The translations under genes and the position numbers were made by a program. Below, piece by piece: positions 60,119 through 64,000 of a stretch of DNA of 64,000 nucleotides. Where the stretch lies: assembly GCA_037443035.1 (NCBI GenBank), contig JBBIPC010000001.1, positions 340,606-404,605 on the forward strand, given 5' to 3'. This DNA comes from Chthonomonadales bacterium (lineage in GTDB: Bacteria; Armatimonadota; Chthonomonadetes; Chthonomonadales; CAJBBX01). How positions within the stretch are numbered: the stretch's first letter is position 1; every line of letters starts with the position of its first letter. The notes under the pieces are model-generated. The model saw nothing but the letters and a program-made list of their open reading frames with translations. It did no database searches and was not told the DNA's origin.

Positions 60119-60979
60119 ATGGAAGCCGCTCGGGCGATGTTCATTCGCAAGCGAGCACGGAGCGTCTTGCTCGCCACGGCAACGTACGCTGCATTGGCGG
60201 TGATGTCAGCCGTCTTCGTGGCACCGTTCTTGTGGATGGTATCCACTTCGCTGAAACCAGACAGCCAGATCTTTTCGTCGACAGTTCAGTGGATCCCGAG
60301 CCCGATACTCTGGCGCAACTACCCGGCTGCCCTGGCGTCCTTTCCGTTCTGGCTCTATCTGCGCAATACGCTGTTTGTCTGCGTCATGACCACTGTAGGC
60401 ACGGTTGCGAGTGCGGCACTTCCCGCATATGGCTTCGCGCGTCTACGGTGGCGAGGACGCGATGTTCTGTTCTTCGTGCTCATCTGTACGATCATGCTTC
60501 CAGCTCAGGTCACGCTCATCCCCATTTTCCTTACTTTCCGTGCCCTGGGCTGGACGGGCACGTTCCTGCCGCTCATCGTTCCACCGTTCCTGGGTAGCGC
60601 GTTCTCCATCTTCCTTCTACGTCAGTTCTTTCTCACGATTCCGCAAGAGCTCTCCGATGCAGCTAGGATTGACGGCTGCTCTGAGATGGCGATCCTCTGG
60701 CGTGTTATCCTTCCTATGGCGCGTCCCGCCGTTGCTACCATCGCCTTGTTCGCATTCACAGGGGCCTGGATGGACTTCCTGAACCCGCTGGTGTACTTGC
60801 ACGACGAGCGCCAGTACACGCTTGCCATAGGGCTCCAGGCCTTCCTCGGTCGCCATGGCAGCGAATGGGCACTCCTCATGGCGGCTGCGACTGTCATCAC
60901 CATCCCTATGCTTGTCTTGTTCTTGCTGGCGCAGCGAACGTTTATCCGGGGGATCGCGTTGACAGGCCTGAAGGGCTAG
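60119..60979 (+). CDS. Carbohydrate ABC transporter permease (MalG-like)
   Basis: PFLWMVSTSLK, AYGFARL, FLLRQFFLTIP.ELSDAARIDG (EAA loop). Confidence 0.93.
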   Translation: MEAARAMFIRKRARSVLLATATYAALAVMSAVFVAPFLWMVSTSLKPDSQIFSSTVQWIPSPILWRNYPAALASFPFWLYLRNTLFVCVMTTVGTVASAALPAYGFARLRWRGRDVLFFVLICTIMLPAQVTLIPIFLTFRALGWTGTFLPLIVPPFLGSAFSIFLLRQFFLTIPQELSDAARIDGCSEMAILWRVILPMARPAVATIALFAFTGAWMDFLNPLVYLHDERQYTLAIGLQAFLGRHGSEWALLMAAATVITIPMLVLFLLAQRTFIRGIALTGLKG

Positions 60980-61019
60980 GCTAGACGGCGGACGAGGAAA
61001 CTGGCACGAAGAACCGGCT

Positions 61020-62291
61020 CTACTCGTCGCTGACTGTCAGCTGCGGCAGCTTCCGGCGCCGTTCCGGAGGAAGTAGATGCTCCATCATGTCGTCCACGGT
61101 GACAATGCCAGCGAGCCTTCCCTCGTCGTCAACAACAGGTAGCGCCAGAAGGTTGTACTTGCGGAAGACTTGAGCGATCTCGTCGGCATGATCGTGCGTG
61201 CTGACTTTGCGGATGTTGCTCACCATGACAGTATGGATGGGTGCTGATGGATCCGATACGATCAGGTCGCGCAACGAGAGGACACCTACCAGTCGCTCGT
61301 CCTCGTCCACTACATAGACATAGTAAACAGTCTCTGCCTTTGGTGCCAACTTCCGCAGATGCTCGATGGTCTCCTCTGCTGTCATATCGGAGCGCACGGC
61401 GACGTACTCGGTCGTCATGAGTCCGCCGGCCGTCTCCTCCTCGTATGCTAGGAGCTCCTTCACGTCAGCGGCTTCTTCCGGCGCCATGTGACCGAGGAGC
61501 TCCTCCGAACGGACGTCCGGAAGATCGCCGAGGACATCTGCGGCGTCATCCGGTTCCATCTCCTCGAGGATGTCAGCGGCTTTCTCATCCTCGAGCTGCT
61601 CCAAGACTTCGGCGGCCTCTTTGTCCTCCATCTCCTCGATGGTATCCGCCGCCGTCTCCACATCTAGCGCTTCGATGACCTCCGTCCGCTGCTGGGGGTC
61701 CAGCTGTTCGACAATATCGGCTATGTCCGCTGGGTGAAGCCTCGCGATCTTCTCGTGCGGTACCTTCAGACGGATGCGTCCACCGCCAGCGGCGCTCGGC
61801 TCCAGCGTCTCCACGTCATCCCAGGCGATAAGCCTCGAGTGAAGCGGCTTGCCAATCATTGCGGCAAGGGACTCGACCAGCTTTCCGATGCCAGCTCGGC
61901 GCAGCAACGCCCGCAGACCCGCATCCACGCCGACTACGCACAGCCCCTCCGCGGACTCTGCCAACCGCACATCATTCACCCGAACCACGCGGTAGTCATG
62001 GACGTCCACGATCTGCTTGTCGAGGACATCACGCCGCAGGCGAATCTCCATGTCGCCCGGCGCGTACTCAGGTACATCGGACACGGGAGACCGCAGTCGA
62101 AGTGCCGTCCCGCCAACCGTTACAGACGCGAACGGGAACCATCGTTCCTGGCCTCCGACCCGTACCAGCAACGCGCTGACAATCGGAAGGCGTCCGCTTG
62201 TTCCTGCGGCTACGTCGCGAACCGTCCCTACTGGGCGTTGTTCAGGGTCCACCACCCGGCGCCCGAGCAATTCTGACAGGTACTTGACCAT
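61020..62291 (-). CDS. MgtE cytosolic-domain protein (2x PRC barrel + MgtE-N + CBS pair, no TM domain)
   Basis: LDKQIVDV..VVRVNDV, LHPADIADI, YEEETAGGLMTTEY, YYVYVVD, ALPVVD..GIVTVDD. Ends shortly after CBS2. Confidence 0.9.
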   Translation of the reverse strand: MVKYLSELLGRRVVDPEQRPVGTVRDVAAGTSGRLPIVSALLVRVGGQERWFPFASVTVGGTALRLRSPVSDVPEYAPGDMEIRLRRDVLDKQIVDVHDYRVVRVNDVRLAESAEGLCVVGVDAGLRALLRRAGIGKLVESLAAMIGKPLHSRLIAWDDVETLEPSAAGGGRIRLKVPHEKIARLHPADIADIVEQLDPQQRTEVIEALDVETAADTIEEMEDKEAAEVLEQLEDEKAADILEEMEPDDAADVLGDLPDVRSEELLGHMAPEEAADVKELLAYEEETAGGLMTTEYVAVRSDMTAEETIEHLRKLAPKAETVYYVYVVDEDERLVGVLSLRDLIVSDPSAPIHTVMVSNIRKVSTHDHADEIAQVFRKYNLLALPVVDDEGRLAGIVTVDDMMEHLLPPERRRKLPQLTVSDE

Positions 62292-62299
62292 CTTAAGTG

Positions 62300-62328
62300 A
62301 TTATGCATGCACCTCCAGTACCTGTCAA
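62300..62328 (-). promoter_or_regulatory. Promoter for the MgtE-like gene (likely leaderless or near-leaderless)
   Basis: TTGACA-N17-CATAAT with ATG 8 nt after the -10 and no SD. Confidence 0.6.
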
Positions 62329-62354
62329 CATGCGTACCCAAGGACCATCGGCGC

Positions 62355-63890
62355 TCAAGCTTGTGCTGTCGTCAGATTCGTCCAGCCAATGCCAAGCTTC
62401 GACAAGGCGTATCCAACCTCGTCCAGGTAGTTGCCGTAGCTCAGCATCCAGTGGAAGCCTTTCATCCGCTGGGCAACGGCATCGCTGTCTCCGTGTATCC
62501 TCACATCTATCTGGGACCTGCAGATGTCGAGGAACGGGTTGGCAACAACGGTGCCGGCGAAGCCAAGCCAGTCCTTGCACGCGAAATCCGGCACGAGGAT
62601 GGTAGTCTCCTGTCCCTTGCGCATCTCGACTTTCGGCGCGGCTCCGTAGTCCGACTCGAAGTGAGTCAGTATTCGGACTGGTTCTGGCCTGCGGCCGTCC
62701 AGCTTGCGCGGCGCCGTGCAGTGGGCCAAAGTGACAATACCCTCATGGGGGAAGGTTGGGTCGTTGAGGAAAACCGGTTTTCCGCTGATGTAGTGCAGCA
62801 GAATACCGGACGGGATCACCACGAAGTCCGACTCGCAGAACGCCAGGTATCCGTCGTCGTTCATGAGACTCAGGGGCAGACACGCGGTCGTCTTGCTGAT
62901 CGGCATGATCGTCCCCATGCATGCGTTAATGGTGATAGCGTCCGTTCCGTGCTCGGCCATGACATCGCGCAAGACCGTGTCCAGGACGAAAGCATTCTCG
63001 TAGAAGTCTCTCCGGGTCTGTAGCCGCGTGGCCGGGATGCGCAGGTACTCCGCAGAACGCTTAGCGGCGCGATCTCGGAGGGTAGCGTCCTTGAAGGCAG
63101 ACTCGATCCTCTTGCCAAGTTCCGAGTAAGGATAATCCACGATCTCGAGCTTCCAGACATCTTTCGAGATCTGCGGGGCAAGCGCGCCACCGGCACCCCA
63201 TCCTGAAGCGCCACCAACGGCGACGATCCGTTTGCCGAGTGTCTGCCTCAACCCCTGCAGGGCACGCAACCTGCGACACAGCTTGTCGTAGCTGTCCACC
63301 ACGACATCCGCCGTCGTCCAGCCAGGCTCGCCATATTCGTCCACCATCTTCCGCAGGAAATGGGGATGCGCAATCTCATACCACAGATACACTGGGCCCG
63401 GACTATGGCGTAGGAACATGAGGGTCCATCTGCTTCGCTTGGTGAGAGCTTGGAAGATGTCCTGCCAGCCCCCGGCCGCGTAGATGATAATGACGTCGCA
63501 GGCTGGCATCGCCATGGTCGCCGCTTGCGCGCCATTGGTGGCCGATAGGATAGGCAGCACCTCGATAGGGAAGTCCGCAGCGGCAGCCATCGCTTGGAGT
63601 TCCCGCGAGATCCGCTGTCGTTCGGCGGCGGCTTGGGCTTCGGTCTGAACCCCGCCCCAGGGTCTCCAACTCGTGGCTTCCTGTCTTCGAGGAATGCCGT
63701 AGGTTAGCACTGGCTGCACCCGAAGAGGACGCGCTGTCTGTTCGCGGGACGATCTGTCTCCAACGTCGGCACCGATCGCGAACGAGCTGGCGACCATGGC
63801 CCCTCCAGCTACACTCATGAGTTCTCTACGGGTCAGCTCGATGCCGCCCTCCTCACGATGATCGTCCGGCCGATGTGGACCGTTGCACAT
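62355..63890 (-). CDS. Tat-signal protein with L-fucose/L-arabinose isomerase-like fold
   Basis: GGAGG SD then MCNG..; TRRELM twin-Arg plus hydrophobic stretch; AITINACM, TACLPLSLMND.G..AFCESD, LAHCTAP, THFES, CRSQ, GFHW. Confidence 0.75.
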   Translation of the reverse strand: MCNGPHRPDDHREEGGIELTRRELMSVAGGAMVASSFAIGADVGDRSSREQTARPLRVQPVLTYGIPRRQEATSWRPWGGVQTEAQAAAERQRISRELQAMAAAADFPIEVLPILSATNGAQAATMAMPACDVIIIYAAGGWQDIFQALTKRSRWTLMFLRHSPGPVYLWYEIAHPHFLRKMVDEYGEPGWTTADVVVDSYDKLCRRLRALQGLRQTLGKRIVAVGGASGWGAGGALAPQISKDVWKLEIVDYPYSELGKRIESAFKDATLRDRAAKRSAEYLRIPATRLQTRRDFYENAFVLDTVLRDVMAEHGTDAITINACMGTIMPISKTTACLPLSLMNDDGYLAFCESDFVVIPSGILLHYISGKPVFLNDPTFPHEGIVTLAHCTAPRKLDGRRPEPVRILTHFESDYGAAPKVEMRKGQETTILVPDFACKDWLGFAGTVVANPFLDICRSQIDVRIHGDSDAVAQRMKGFHWMLSYGNYLDEVGYALSKLGIGWTNLTTAQA

Positions 63891-64000
63891 GTCGCACCTC
63901 CGTCGTCTTTCGCCAACGGCATCTACCCATCCAGCAGTCCCGTTGGCACCCATTGTTGCACTCTTCTGGTATCCGCTTCGCCACCAACGAGGTGCTTCCT

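Noticed and set aside
61020..62291. Functional link between the MgtE-like gene and the OLE-like RNA (OLE is linked to Mg stress)
   Set aside because: They are about 45 kb apart with no sequence evidence connecting them.

Overview
GC-rich, gene-dense 64 kb piece of bacterial core chromosome. I saw no CRISPR array, integrase, transposase or prophage. T-box riboswitches, RqcH, a recG-coaD-plsX-fab-rnc block, KdsA, a VPS10 protein and a PVC-type GyrA QRDR suggest a diderm Terrabacteria lineage such as Armatimonadota (inference only). Contents in order: partial valS with a Val T-box; aroF-tyrA-aroA; AcuC-like deacetylase divergent from ahcY; rqcH behind a succinate dehydrogenase with a non-haem (Rv0249c-like) anchor; GHMP kinase; divergent DprA-like gene; stand-alone khpA; a ~17 kb minus-strand run (recG, coaD, yceD, rpmF, plsX, fabHDG, acpP, fabF, rnc, mtaP, mtnA, apt, NCS2 permease, EamA, RING protein); gyrA; tldD; mutY; four tRNAs; a VPS10 protein; a redoxin-TPR protein; an NlpC/P60 hydrolase; a Leu T-box-controlled ilvBN-ilvC-leuACD operon with NYN, GNAT, PII and cimA appended; kdsA; a cytosolic-only MgtE. 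The best novelty candidate is a ~150-nt multi-stem RNA directly upstream of khpA (16277-16428, minus strand). It carries, in order, several motifs I recall from the 5' half of OLE RNA, and closes right at the khpA Shine-Dalgarno. Other unexplained non-coding structure: two long intergenic hairpins, an 'empty' promoter-terminator unit upstream of recG, and a strong bias to 18-bp promoter spacers.
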